Positions 1-11,399 are shown, counted from the stretch's first letter. The stretch is 64,000 bases of DNA from Octopus sinensis (GCF_006345805.1 NC_043007.1:13454001-13518000), one strand, 5' to 3'. Notes: generated by a model from the sequence alone, not told the origin. Numbers and translations are program-made.

Positions 1-103
1 GGCAAAGCCGATCTCGATGGAATTTGAACTCAGAACGTAAGAATGGACGAAATGCCGATATGCATTTTGTCCGGCGTGCTAAGGATTCTGCCATCTCGCC
101 GCC
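1..103 (-). mobile_element. tRNA-derived SINE family A, 5' half
   Basis: Reverse complement reads GGCGAGATGGCAGAATCCTTAGCACGCC ... CTGAGTTCAAATTCC, with A-box-like and B-box (GTTCAAATTC) motifs. Matches many other copies in the window. Confidence 0.85.
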
Positions 104-130
104 TTGATATTAATATGCGTAAATGTTAAA

Positions 131-745
131 GCGGCGAGCTGGCAGAAACGTTAGCACGCCGAGCAAAATGCATATCGGCATTTCGTCCGTTCTTACGTTC
201 TGAGTTCAAATTCCGCCGATGTCGACTTTGCCTTTCATCCTTTCGATGTTGATAAATTAAGTACCAGTTACACACTGGAGTCGATGTAATCGAATTAATC
301 CCTTTGTCTGTCCTTGTTTGTCCCCTCTCTGTTTAGCCCCTTGTGGGCAATAAAGAAAAAAGGAACGTTAGCACGCCGGGCGAAATGCTCAGCGGTATTT
401 TTTCTGCCGTTACGTTCTGAGTTCAAATTCCGCCGAGGTCGACTTTGCCTTTCATCCTATCGGGGTCGATTAAGTAAGTACCAGTTACCCACTGGGGTCG
501 ATGTAATCGACTTAATCCGTTTGTCTGTCCTTATTTGTCCCCTCTGTATTTAGCCCCTTGTGGGTAGTAAAGAAATTGGTATTTCGTCCGTCTTTACGTT
601 CTGAGTTCAAATTCCGTCGGGATCGACTTTGACTTTCATCCTTTGCGGGTCGATAAATTAAGTACCAGTTGCTTACTGGGGTCGATCTAATCGACTGGCC
701 TCCTCCCCAAAATATCGGGCCTTGTGCCTAGAGTAGAAAAGAATA
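131..745 (+). mobile_element. Chain of three SINE-A units (two with tail type A2, one 5'-truncated with tail type A1)
   Basis: Repeated GAGTTCAAATTCCGCCGAGGTCGACTTTGCCTTTCATCC and GGGGTCGATNTAATCGA. A2 tail ends TTTAGCCCCTTGTGGG; A1 tail ends CTTGTGCCTAGAGTAGAAAAGAAT. Confidence 0.85.
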
Positions 746-942
746 GGCGTAAACGTTTGGGAGTCTATGATTTCTGACTGATGTCCACAATCAATATCAA
801 TTTTATTTAGAATCTTAATTTCTTGCGTGAAGTCAGTGATGCATGATGTTCATGCCTTTTAAGTGAAACTTGCGACACACGTAGACCAACCAAACAAATT
901 TGTAACTTTTATCCAAACTGAAAATTCCTTAAAAAATAAACG

Positions 943-1367
943 ATAAGCGCAGGAGTGGCTGTGTGGTAAGTAGCTTGCTAACCAACCACATGGTTCCGGG
1001 TTCAGTCCCACTGCGTGGCATCTTGGGCAAGTGTCTTCTGCTATAGCCCCGGGCCGACCAATGCCTTGTGAGTGGATTTGGTAGACGGAAACTGAAAGAA
1101 GCCTGTCGTATATATGTATATATATGTATATGTGTGTATGTGTGTGTTTGTGTGTGTGTGTGTGTGTGTGTTTGTCCCCCTAGCATTGCTTGACAACCGA
1201 TGCTGATGTGTTTACGTCTCCGTCACTTAGCGGTTCGGCAAAAGAGACCGATAGAATAAGTACTTGGCTAACAAAGAATAAGTCCCGGGGTCGATTTGCT
1301 CGACTAAAGGCGGTGCTCCAGCATGGCCACAGTCAAATGACTGAAACAAGTAAAAGAGTAAAGAGTA
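943..1367 (+). mobile_element. tRNA-derived SINE family B, full length, CORE-like centre, internal (TA)n(TG)n
   Basis: GTGGCTGTGTGGT A-box-like motif, GGTTCAGTCCC B-box at 999-1009, CTTGGGCAAGTGTCTT CORE-like motif, tail GGCGGTGCTCCAGCATGGCC...AGTAAAAGAGTAAAGAGT. More than 10 copies in the window. Confidence 0.88.
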
Positions 1368-1772
1368 AGGAGATAAAAAGAAATGGGAGAAAAAAAAAGT
1401 CAAGGGAAATAACAACCAATTTAATATTACGAAAGTTACGTCCCTTGAATAAATGTATTTCTTTTCGGTATCAATAATGAGTTTAGATATCACGGTTGAT
1501 CGTCGTATAAATTTTGTATTATATGTGGGCCAATAAGGAGTCACATAATATGTTAGAAATGATAACCCAATCTCTTTTAATTGAAACAGTGTTTAAAGGG
1601 GTGGGGTGGTGGGATGAAAACAATGAGCAGATGCATTCCTAAATACGCTTCAACAGGAAGTCGGTCCGATAAGAATGCACCAATCGCAGAACAACGACAA
1701 CAACAGCAACAGCAACAACAATAGGTATAACAACAGTATCAATGGCGATGGCAATACTTCCGGCAATACAGG

Positions 1773-2292
1773 GCGACGAGCTGGCAGAAAGGTTAGCACA
1801 CCGGGCGAAATGTTTAGCGGTATTTCGTCTGCCGCTACGTTCTGAGTTCAAATTCCGCCGATGTTGACTTTGACTTTCATCCTTTTAGGGTCGATTAAAT
1901 AAAGTACCAGTTGCGTACTGGGATCGATCTAATCGACTGCCCCTCTCGCCCAAAATTCCGGGTCTTGTGCCTAGAGTAGAAAAGAATACTTCCAGCCTTT
2001 CATCCTTTCGGGGTCGATAAACTAGGTACCAGTTACCCACTGGGGTCGATGCAATCGACTTAATCCGTTTGTCTGTTCTTATTTGTCCTCTCTGTGTTTC
2101 GCCCGTTGTGGGTAGTAAAGAAATAGGTATTTCGTCTGCTGCTACTTTCTGAGTTCAAATTCCGCCGAGGTCAACTTTGCCTTTCCTCCTTTTAGGGTCG
2201 ATAAATTAAATACTAGTTGCGTACTGGGGTCGATCTAATCGACTGGCTCCCTCCCCCAAAATTTCGAGCTTGTGCCAAGAGTAGAAAGGAAT
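1773..2292 (+). mobile_element. SINE-A chain (full A1, truncated A2, truncated A1)
   Basis: Same family motifs. AATACTTCCAGC occurs after both the first and last unit (about 1986 and 2290). Confidence 0.85.
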
Positions 2293-3094
2293 ACTTCCAG
2301 CAATAAAATATAGTGACACCAAAATCCTTGCATATCAAACTATCCATTATGTAAATAATTTGTGTTGATGGTGGAGTGCGATCAAAAAGGTCGAGGGCCC
2401 TGCTGGGGGTCCCTCCTGCTAACTCGTCCATTAGGAAAAGGGATTACATATTGCGTAACGCGTTTAGTTCTACATAACCTAATAGGGATCTGGTAAGGGC
2501 TAGAACGACGTCTATGTACATATTTTATGTTGTCATTGCTGGATCGACGTTTGTCTTGTAACGGTGATTCTATGAAGAGATTTACTCCCGGACAAAATAC
2601 AAAGTGACATGTATTTCATCGGTGTATATACTCAATGAATATGTAAAGATGGGGGTCTATATCTGTTTGTCTGTCTGTGACTGTGCGTGTGTGTGTGTGT
2701 GTGTGTGTGCGTGTGTCTGTCTGTGTCTGTCTGTCTCTGTCTTTGTCTATCTGTGTCTGTCTGTTTGTCTGTCTGTCTGTCTCTCTCTCTTTCTCTCTTT
2801 CTCTCCCTTTCACCTTCTCTCACGTGTGTGTGTGTATGTATGCTTGTACACAGACACTTATATGTACATATTTATAGATACGTACATACATACGCACGTA
2901 CGTACATACATACATACATACATACATACATTCTTACATACATACGTACATACATACATGCATACATATATCTATACACACACACACACATTCTGTACTC
3001 AATTTCTTTATCTGTCTAAGCAGCATTGTCCATTATAGAACCGAAATAAGTGAAAGAGGAAACAGTTTTTTATGCTCTCCCGTTAAAATATACT

Positions 3095-4185
3095 GTAGGG
3101 TACCAGCGGAAGGGTGGTCGCGCATGGGTTGATGGAGAAGCTCAACCTTCTTGATATCGATGCTCAGACCAAAATATTTCAATGAATGTGAGAAGTTTGT
3201 CTAGAATCCATTGCAAGCTATTAGGGCACAATCGTCTGCGAAGAACAATTCACGAACTGTTTGCACAGGAGCCTTAGTTTTTGCTTTGAAGCGCTGTTGG
3301 CTGAAGAAGGCACCACCGGTTCTGTACTTAAACCTAACTCCTTCTTAATATTCTTGAATATTGTTTGCAAGATGGCGGAGAAATACAAAGCAAATAAGAG
3401 AAGTGCAAGAACACAGCCTTGTTACTGTGAATGAATCCGATACTTCCCTGCCAGATTTAACAGAAGTCATCATCCCTTGATGTAAAGAAATTATGACACT
3501 GAGCATCTTTTCGGGAACACCTAGGTTTCTAAGGAGCATTTTGCCCGGCGTGCTAATGATCCTGCCATCTCGCCACCTTATATAATGATATTAATATGTG
3601 TAAACGTTAAGGTTGTGAGCTGGCAGAAACGTTAGCACGCCGGGCGAAATGCTTAGAGGTATTTCGTCTGCCGTTACACCCAAAGAGCATCCCGAGATAC
3701 GGTATCGAAAGCTTTAGTTAGCGCTACAAAAGGCTCATGAGCCTCTTCCTGTGGTTTCCTCAGGCTGAATATCATATCCACTGTGCCTCTATCTCCCCGA
3801 AAGCTACGCTGAGATTCAGGTAACACCAAGTGGTAAGGGCATCATCATTTAGTCTGTTTAAGATAACCCTTCTAAGGATATCCCCGTCAACGCACAAAAG
3901 GGATACACCTCTAATTTCTCACATTCTTCTTTGTTGCCTCTCTGATTATAAAGATGGACAACGGAAGCGTCTTTAAACTCCGGGGAGAATGATTCGAATT
4001 CCCAGTTTCTGAAGAAGAGTTCACATAAAAAATATAGTAGATTGCTACCACATTTATACATGTCTGCTGGTATGCCATCGTACCCAGACGACTTTTCATT
4101 CGCGAGTTGTTTTATAGCCTTTTTTTTACAGAAACTGAGCCCAGAATCGGTAAGCTTACCAAGGCTTTGGAACAAGGCTTTGGAA
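3095..4185 (-). pseudogene. RTE-clade LINE reverse transcriptase fragment, decayed
   Basis: Minus-strand translations give KKAIKQLANEKSSGYDGIPADMYK, RGTVDMIFSLRK, FVALTKAFDTVSRDALW, LLRNLGVPEKMLSVIISLHQGM and ELFFADDCAL..FGLSIDIKKVELLHQP. These are RTE RT motifs, with stops and frameshifts. Confidence 0.85.
3536..3678. mobile_element. Head-to-head pair of SINE-A 5' fragments inserted in the RTE RT
   Basis: Minus head (3536-3577), spacer TGATATTAATATGTGTAAACGTTAA, plus head (3612-3678). Interrupts the RT between ALW and LLRNLG. Confidence 0.75.
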
Positions 4186-4189
4186 CATC

Positions 4190-4670
4190 CCCGAGGTATT
4201 ATTGAAGGTGAAAGTCATTGTATACAATCAGTGGGTTTGAAATCATTGCTTCGAGGTGCTGATTCTTGGACCCTGTACCAAAAGCACATCAGTCAGGTTG
4301 AGGTTTTGCATTTACGATGCTTCCGTACCATATCCAACATCAAACTGAGCGATCATATTAGTAAGAATGAGATGCTAACAAAATGCAACATATCAGGTAT
4401 TGAAGCTATGCCCTTCAAAATGATCAGGTTATCTCTCACGTATGAGTCAATTCCCAACAAGAGTGTCAGTTGGAAGCACACTCTTGCACTTCAAAGACAA
4501 AATAAAAGACAAACGGAAGCAATGCAACATTCTCTTTTCTTCCTGGGAAGACAAAGCACCAGAACGCAAGACCTGGTACCATTCCTGCTTCTTCTCAGTT
4601 CAAAATTTTGAGCAAAGTCGACTCCGAACATCGGACCAACTTCGTGCAATCATGAAGACATAGTTGACAA
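4190..4670 (+). pseudogene. RTE-clade LINE C-terminal region, inverted relative to the RT fragment
   Basis: SLLRGADSWTLYQKHISQVEVLHLRCFRTISNIKLSDHISKNEML matches the RTE LLYGxExWTxY...HxRCLRxI region. Confidence 0.75.
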
Positions 4671-4744
4671 ACGCTGCTCCTCTAAATCACCTTACTTTAT
4701 TCTTTAAGTTTCATTCACACTCATCTCACTGTCTCCATGCGGGA

Positions 4745-5138
4745 GCCCCGTCATAAAGTGTTTTAATCGAACAAATCGACCCCAGAACTTACCTTTTAAG
4801 CCTAGTACTCATTTTATCGGTGTCTTTTGCCAAACCGCTATGTTACAGGGACATAAACACACGAACACTGGTTGATGGTGAGGCGAGGACAAACACAGAC
4901 AGACAGACAAAAAACAGACAGATAGATGGAAAGGCAGACAGACAGACACACATAGAGGCATACACATATATACGATGGGCTTCTTTCAGTTTCCGGTTAC
5001 TAAATCCACTCAAGGCTTTGATATGCCGGAGGCTATAGTAGAATACATTTTTGCCCAAGGTGCCACGCAGTGAGACGGAAACTGGAACCATATAGTTGGG
5101 AAGCGAGCTTCTTACCACACAGCTACGCCTGTGCCTAT
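4745..5138 (-). mobile_element. SINE family B
   Basis: Reverse complement of the family B head, CORE-like centre and tail. Confidence 0.8.
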
Positions 5139-5179
5139 ATAAGATATATGCCTATATATAATATACGTCTTTGGTTATA

Positions 5180-5271
5180 CATGTATGTATGTATGTATGT
5201 ATGTATGTATGTATGTATGTATGTATGTATGTATGTATGTATGTATGTATGTATGTATGAATGTATGTATG

Positions 5272-5334
<63 letters not shown>

Positions 5335-5335
5335 G
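5180..5335. repeat. Compound microsatellite (TATG)n(TCTA)n
   Basis: Direct reading. Confidence 0.95.
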
Positions 5336-6134
5336 TGGGTGCGTGTCTGTGTGTGTAGGCTGTATCGACCCCGAAAAAACAATTAAACGAGTGTTAAACT
5401 TTTTATGAGCCGAGTGTCAGAACAAACGAAACTTATTCCGTCGAACGTTGAAATGTCTTTGTCGATTTATCCAAACTTCCCACTATAGATATTACATCCT
5501 CATCTTCCATGGTCAATAAACAATGATACAGTTCAGGTGAGTTTGAATTTCCTTAACAGTGCAATTAAAACAATTCATATTTCAAGTCTTGCGATTCAGA
5601 TACGGGAGGTAACTCTTAACAATTTATATATGAGTTATTGCCCTTGGAAATACTCCGCAATTATATTGGATGTATATATGAGCGAATTTCGCGTCCGTAT
5701 GACTGTGCGCGGATGCGTGCATGTGCGTGTGTGTATGTTGTATGAATGTGTGCGTATGTCAATGTGCGTGTGTATGTGTGTGTGTGGGTGGGTGAGTGCA
5801 TGAAAGTGTGTGCATATTTACATGTTCTTGCGTGGAAGTTATTATTATCCGTCAAGACAGTTCTCTTCATATTAGGACGATGTTTAAAGGTATTCGTGAC
5901 ATGAACCGCTCTTTGTTTCCTTGTGTGCTCGCAAAGCAAAGATATATTTATCACATATTTTGTAATTTTGCGGAAACCCCACCTCGAAACTTAAGGCCTT
6001 AGTGTTCTAATCTACAATGAGAGAAAAATAAAATGTAGTTGTTGCGTTAGCTAATACGAAACTTGGTTGGATTTCGTCCTATATATATAAAATATATATA
6101 ATAATATATATAATAATATATATATATTATATAT

Positions 6135-6188
<54 letters not shown>

Positions 6189-6306
6189 GTGTGTGTGTGT
6201 GTGGGTGTATGTGTGTGTGTGCGCGTAAAATTTAATTTAATTGCAGATAATAATATATATAATAATATATAAATAAACATATAATATATATATATATATA
6301 TATATA

Positions 6307-6361
<55 letters not shown>

Positions 6362-6545
6362 TGTGTGTGCACGTAAAATTTAATTTAATTGCAGGATATG
6401 TTAACTTCGTGAAGGAATGACTGCAGCCAAAGAAATACTGGTTCAATACCTAGTGTTTTGTGGGAATGAAATTCCTTTAAAACAATAGGTATATATAAAG
6501 CATATAGTTAATATCCATTTAAAAGAAGTAAAGAATATGGAGATG

Positions 6546-6806
6546 AGGAAGTTAACAATTGTTTATTATTAACAACAAATTGGTCGTCTTTGATTCTTAC
6601 ATCTGTTTCTATCAATACTCAACAATTTAGTTACAAATTTGTACGTTAAATTTACGTCTTTTTGTTCTCTGAGGAAATTATACTCATGTCACATAAATGT
6701 AAATTTAATGTACAAATCTGTAATTAAATTATTGAGTATCAATCGAAACGGCTGTAAGAAGCGAAGATTTACCAATTTGTTGTTGATAATAAACAATTAA
6801 CTTCCT
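6546..6806. repeat. Fold-back element, about 110 bp inverted arms (6546-6655 and 6699-6806), 43 bp spacer
   Basis: GGAAGTTAACAATTGTTTATTATTAACAACAAATTGGT...TAAATTTAC versus GTAAATTTA...ACCAATTTGTTGTTGATAATAAACAATTAACTTCC. Roughly 85% identity by eye. Confidence 0.85.
6665..6760 (+). ncRNA. Type I hammerhead ribozyme-like motif with long stem II
   Basis: TTCT - CTGAGGA - AATTATACTC ... GAGTATCAATC - GAAA - CGGCTG - TA - AGAA. Canonical core, stem I 4 bp, imperfect stem II with A-C closing mismatch. Confidence 0.55.
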
Positions 6807-7371
6807 TATATCCTTCTTCTTCTTCTTCTTCTTCTTCTTCTTCTTTCTTCTTACTCTCTTCTTCTCTTCTTCCTCCGCTTCTTCATCCTCCTCCCCCTCC
6901 TCCCCTCCTCCTCCCCCTCCTCCCTTCTTCTTCTTCTTCTTCTTCTTCTTCTTCCTCCTCCTCCCCCTCCTCCTCCTCCTCTTCTTCTTCTTCTTCTTCT
7001 TCCTCCTCCTCCTCCTTCTTCTTTTTCTTTTTCTTCTTTTATATATATATATATATATATATAGTATGTTTTAACTCAACTGAAAACTGCAATCGTCACG
7101 AAATATGTCTAGGGTTTTAGAAACACCTAAATTGCTAGAAATAAGAGCTAAAATGCTTGTATGCTGTAGTCAAAGCACAGAGTTTTGTAGACATATACTG
7201 GTCGGGATTATAATCGTTCGAAAAACCAGCAACTCTCGACCGGTGTTTTTCGGCGATTGTATTTCCTGTCAGTATATGTGTATATACAATTATGTGCTTT
7301 AACTATCCGTCCCACACCAGGCTAAAATCGGAATACACTGGACCAGAAGGTAATACGAAGGTAATATATAT

Positions 7372-7509
7372 AAAGTGAGAAATTACAAAAAGAAAAATGA
7401 AGACGGGTGTGTAAACAGCAACCGCATGTTTAATGCTCAGGAAGTGAGAAAGTCTTTTACGTTTCGAGCCTACGCTCTTCCACAGAAAAGAACACTGAAA
7501 GAAACAGGG

Positions 7510-7547
<38 letters not shown>

Positions 7548-7744
7548 TTGTGTATGTGTGTGTGTGTGCGTGCGTACGCGCGCGTGTGTGTGTGCGCGTG
7601 TGTGTGTGTGTGTATAGAGAGAATTTACGATAAAACAAGATACGAAGATGGTGTGTATTAGTTTAACGCTTGGGAAGTGAGAAAGTCTTTTACGTTTCGA
7701 GCCTAAGCTCTTCCACAGAAAGGAACACGAAATAAAAGGGATAT

Positions 7745-7798
<54 letters not shown>

Positions 7799-8364
7799 GT
7801 GTGTGTTGTGTGTGGTGTGTGGTGTGTGTGTGTGCGTGCGTGCGTGGTGTGTGTATAGTGAGAATTTACAAAAAAAAAAAACTAAAGACGAAGACGGGTG
7901 TATTAGTTTAACGCTTGGGAAGTGAGAAAGTCTTTTACGTTTCGAGCCTATGCTCTTCGACAGAAACGAACACAGAAATAAACAGGGAGAGAAAATAAAA
8001 AAAATGTTTAGTGGCTAGCGATTTGAGTCTCATCCTTTTCCATTCCGATTTGAAATTCCGGATAGGATGACTATATCTGTTATCCTTGCATGGTTAATTA
8101 AAATACGTACGTGTTATGTTTTATTGTTTAGAATATGCAACTAGGCTGTATGCAGGGACGAATCAAGACCCATAGAGACACTAAACACAGCCACTACACA
8201 CATTTTCTCTCTCCTTGTTTTTTTTTCTGTGTCCCTTTCTGTAGAAGTGCGTAGGCTCGAAACGTAACAGACTTTTTCTATTCCTGAGCGCTATACTAAT
8301 GCATCTGTTTGTATTGTACACCACCTGTCTCCGTCTTTTGTTTTTTTCGTAAACTCTCCCTATA
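7372..8364. mobile_element. Three tandem minus-strand units (period about 233-245 bp) plus one inverted unit of a hammerhead-like repeat family
   Basis: Units 7372-7510, 7612-7742, 7854-8016 (minus) and 8189-8364 (plus). Each has CTGTNGA-A-GAGC-NTAG-GCTC-GAAA-CG-TA-AAAG. The minus units are separated by (TA)n(TG)n. Confidence 0.7.
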
Positions 8365-8369
8365 TATGT

Positions 8370-8760
8370 ATAGGCTCAGGAGTGGCTGTGTGGTAAGTAG
8401 CATGCTTACCAACCATATGGTTCCGTGTTCATTCCCAATGCGTGGCTTCTACTGTAGCCTCGGGCTGACCAAAGCCTTGTGAGTGGATTTGGAAGATGGA
8501 AACTGAAAGAAGCCCGTTGTATATATGTATATATATATATGTATGTGTGTGTATATGTTTGTGTGTCTGTGTTTGTCCCCCAACATTGCTTGACAATCGA
8601 TGTTGTTGTGTTTACGTCCCCGTAACTTAGCCGTTCGGCAAAAAAGACCCAAGAGAATAAGTACTAGGCTTCCAAAGAATAAGTCTTGGGGTCGATTTGC
8701 TCGACTAAAGGTGATGCTCTAGCATGGCCGCAGTCAAATGATGGAAACAAGTAAAAAAAG
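8370..8760 (+). mobile_element. SINE family B
   Basis: ATAGGCTCAGGAGTGGCTGTGTGG head through ATGGAAACAAGTAAAA tail. Confidence 0.85.
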
Positions 8761-8771
8761 ATATATATATG

Positions 8772-8850
<79 letters not shown>

Positions 8851-8949
8851 CTTGTTTCCATCATTTGACTGCGGCCATGCTAGAGCACCACCTTTAATCG
8901 AGCAAATCGACCCGAGGACTTATTCTTTGGAAGCCTAGTACTTATTCTC
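8653..8949. repeat. Local inverted duplication of the SINE-B tail around a (TA)n tract
   Basis: Arms 8653-8753 and 8849-8949, 101 bp with 4 mismatches, sharing private variants (GCTTCCAAAG, GCTCTAGC, ATGATGGAAAC). Confidence 0.9.
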
Positions 8950-9301
8950 CTGAGAGAGAGAGAGAGAGAGAGAGAGAGCAATAGCAAAATGGAGGGGTTC
9001 ATCAACTTTTAGACATTATATTATGTCAACTTATTTATTTATTTAGTAAAATGTCAATTACAACAATATACATACATGTATAACATATTATACTATACAT
9101 ATGAAATATAATAATATATAAAGATACCAGTAATTATTAAAATATAACATACAGGAATATAAATTGGCGTAATGACTTACAGCTGTTTCAGCCAAAAGGT
9201 AAAAATACCCCATTCTAGCTTTATTCCTCCAGTAGACTGAAATTTAATTTGTCAAAATAGGCGCAAAATAGGCAGGAGTGGCTGTGTGGTAAGTAGCTTG
9301 G

Positions 9302-10735
9302 TGACCCACGCATGCGTGTTGGTGCTTTGCTTCAACACTTGAACAAGGAGGACATGAGCTAGTACGCTTCGTCCTAAAATTGAAAATTAAGAAGTCCGTC
9401 GATGTGGGTGATTTCGTTTGTTTAGAGCTGGACGTGATTTATTGTTTTGGAATTTTTTTTTCAGCAAATTTCGCCCAGCTCTGGGATAATTTCGCCTGCT
9501 CTCGGCGGCTATTGTGATTTTTGCTTGTTGACATAATGTTGGGGGCGTATCCCCGCTCCAAAAGTTTGTTCCAGTCATTGAATATTTTTATGGCCTATTG
9601 TGGCGAAGATTCGTCTTCTGTGGATTTAAGATTCCAACTCGGAGTACCAGCTAAAGAAGAGGGCCATGAGTACCTGTGGCTGGAATTGTGTAGTTACCAT
9701 TTGGAACCATATTTTTATTTCTTCCGTGGTTTTCCTTCTGTTTTATGAACTGTCTTTTTTGTTTTCTTTGTCTTATTTTTTACTGTCTATTTTTTTGTTC
9801 GGATTTTTCTTTTTTCTAGTGTATTTCTATTTTTGTGGACATTTGAACTTTCTTCCTCATGGCGATAAAGAATGGTGCGGCTGCTTTGAAGTGGGAGATT
9901 GTCCCACCCAAGTAGTGGTTAATAGATATAGAGGAGAGGGCAGTGGTGGTTAGAACTTATTCTAAAGTTCTTGATACCATCACCGTCTTCCCAAAGCCAG
10001 TTATAGAAAATGAACTGAAAAACTATTTGTCCTCTGTGAAATACATATCCGGCGGTGTCAAGCATGCAACCGTATGGTTGCTGTTTGACACCCTGGAGAA
10101 GGCTCGCAATTTCGCGAGTCAGCCCTTGGAGGGAAACGAAATTCTGTTCCTCCCATCGTACTGCGGGAGGAAATTAATAAGAGCCTGGGTATGTGGGTTA
10201 TTCCCAGGAACCGAGGTGGTTGGATTGAAGATACCATCCGACGGGGACTGAGGGATAGTGGGCCCAGGCTCTTAAATGTAAGGGTATTGCCGGCGGTCAA
10301 TTGAAAAGGGTCAAAAGCGATTTTGACCATGTGGACCCCATCGGCTGCAACAGATATGGTTTTTCCAGATTTTTTTTAAATGGCTGGCTGCAGGTATCGG
10401 GTGATACTTGAGAGACGTACCCCAAGTATCACTCGTGCCTGCAGCCAGGCCACATTAAAAAGAACTGCCCCCAGGACCATGGTAAGGTCCAAAAAGGATT
10501 AAGAAGGAAGAAGGTGGGCAACAATGGTTGTCCGCCGAAGGACCCTAAGGCCTCAGGAGGTGGGGGAGAGACTCCGGACTAGCGGAAGAGCTCCACTCTC
10601 CCGGAGTCAGGAAGAAAAGAATGAAAAAAAGAAGAACGGGTCATTGCAGGTGGGAGATGATGTACCGTCTGCATGTCCCGAAGTTGTGCCACCCACGGTG
10701 GAAGAAACGACCCCACCTTTAAAGATGATGAATTG
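9302..10735 (+). pseudogene. L1/Tx1-like LINE 5' region with decayed ORF1 (gag-like zinc knuckle)
   Basis: ORF 9943-10251 is followed in a shifted frame by YHSCLQPGHIKKNCP (CX2CX4HX4C with the first Cys changed to Tyr) near 10428-10472. Flanked by a SINE-B head (9255-9300) and SINE-B middle (10750-10865). Confidence 0.55.
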
Positions 10736-11359
10736 ATTATCTTTTTCTACAAGCCCATCGTATATATGTATATGTATATATATGTATGTGTGTGTTTGTG
10801 TGTCAGGGTTTGTCCCCCCAACATCACTTGACAACCGATGCTGGTGTGTTTACGTCCCCGTAACTTTTTGTATGGATACTCTTTGAGTTAGGCGGAAAGT
10901 TTACGTGTCCATGAGCAGACATAAACACTCTAAAGGTCTTGGAAAAGAAAGGGGAATTTTCTAAACGAGAAAAATATCTCAAATGCTTGCCACGTTGGAG
11001 ATATCAGGCAGTGATTTTAAATGGGGGCCATTTCGTTTTACATAGTTTTTTTTCCACTGAAGAAATTTCCAAGCACTAAGACATGCTAACTATTAATTAA
11101 TTGATTAATTAATTTATTTATTTATGATCGGCCATAATTTGTATAAGACATAATTTGCATTACACATAATTTGCATTACACTGCAAACGCAAACTTATTC
11201 TCAAGGATTAAATACGCTCTGCAGCTTTGAGTTGTTTCCCTTGAATAGCTAAATAAGGAGTAGTCTCCCTTGAATTACAATGTTTAAAATTCAAGTTTTT
11301 ACTTTGTATTCACAAAATTTTTAAAGCATTGTCGGTGAGAAAATTTTTTATTGGTCGCG

Positions 11360-11399
<40 letters not shown>

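Noticed and set aside
943-1020. tRNA genes at SINE heads (here and in all other copies)
   Set aside because: A/B boxes run straight into SINE bodies and no complete cloverleaf is evident.
7070-7120. Hammerhead-like CTGAAAA...GAAATATGTC
   Set aside because: Unpaired C3/A8, poor stem II and mismatched stem I. Too degenerate to support.
11148-11179. Tandem ATTTGCAT octamer motifs as a regulatory site
   Set aside because: A simple 16 bp tandem duplication in AT-rich DNA with no promoter or snRNA gene nearby.
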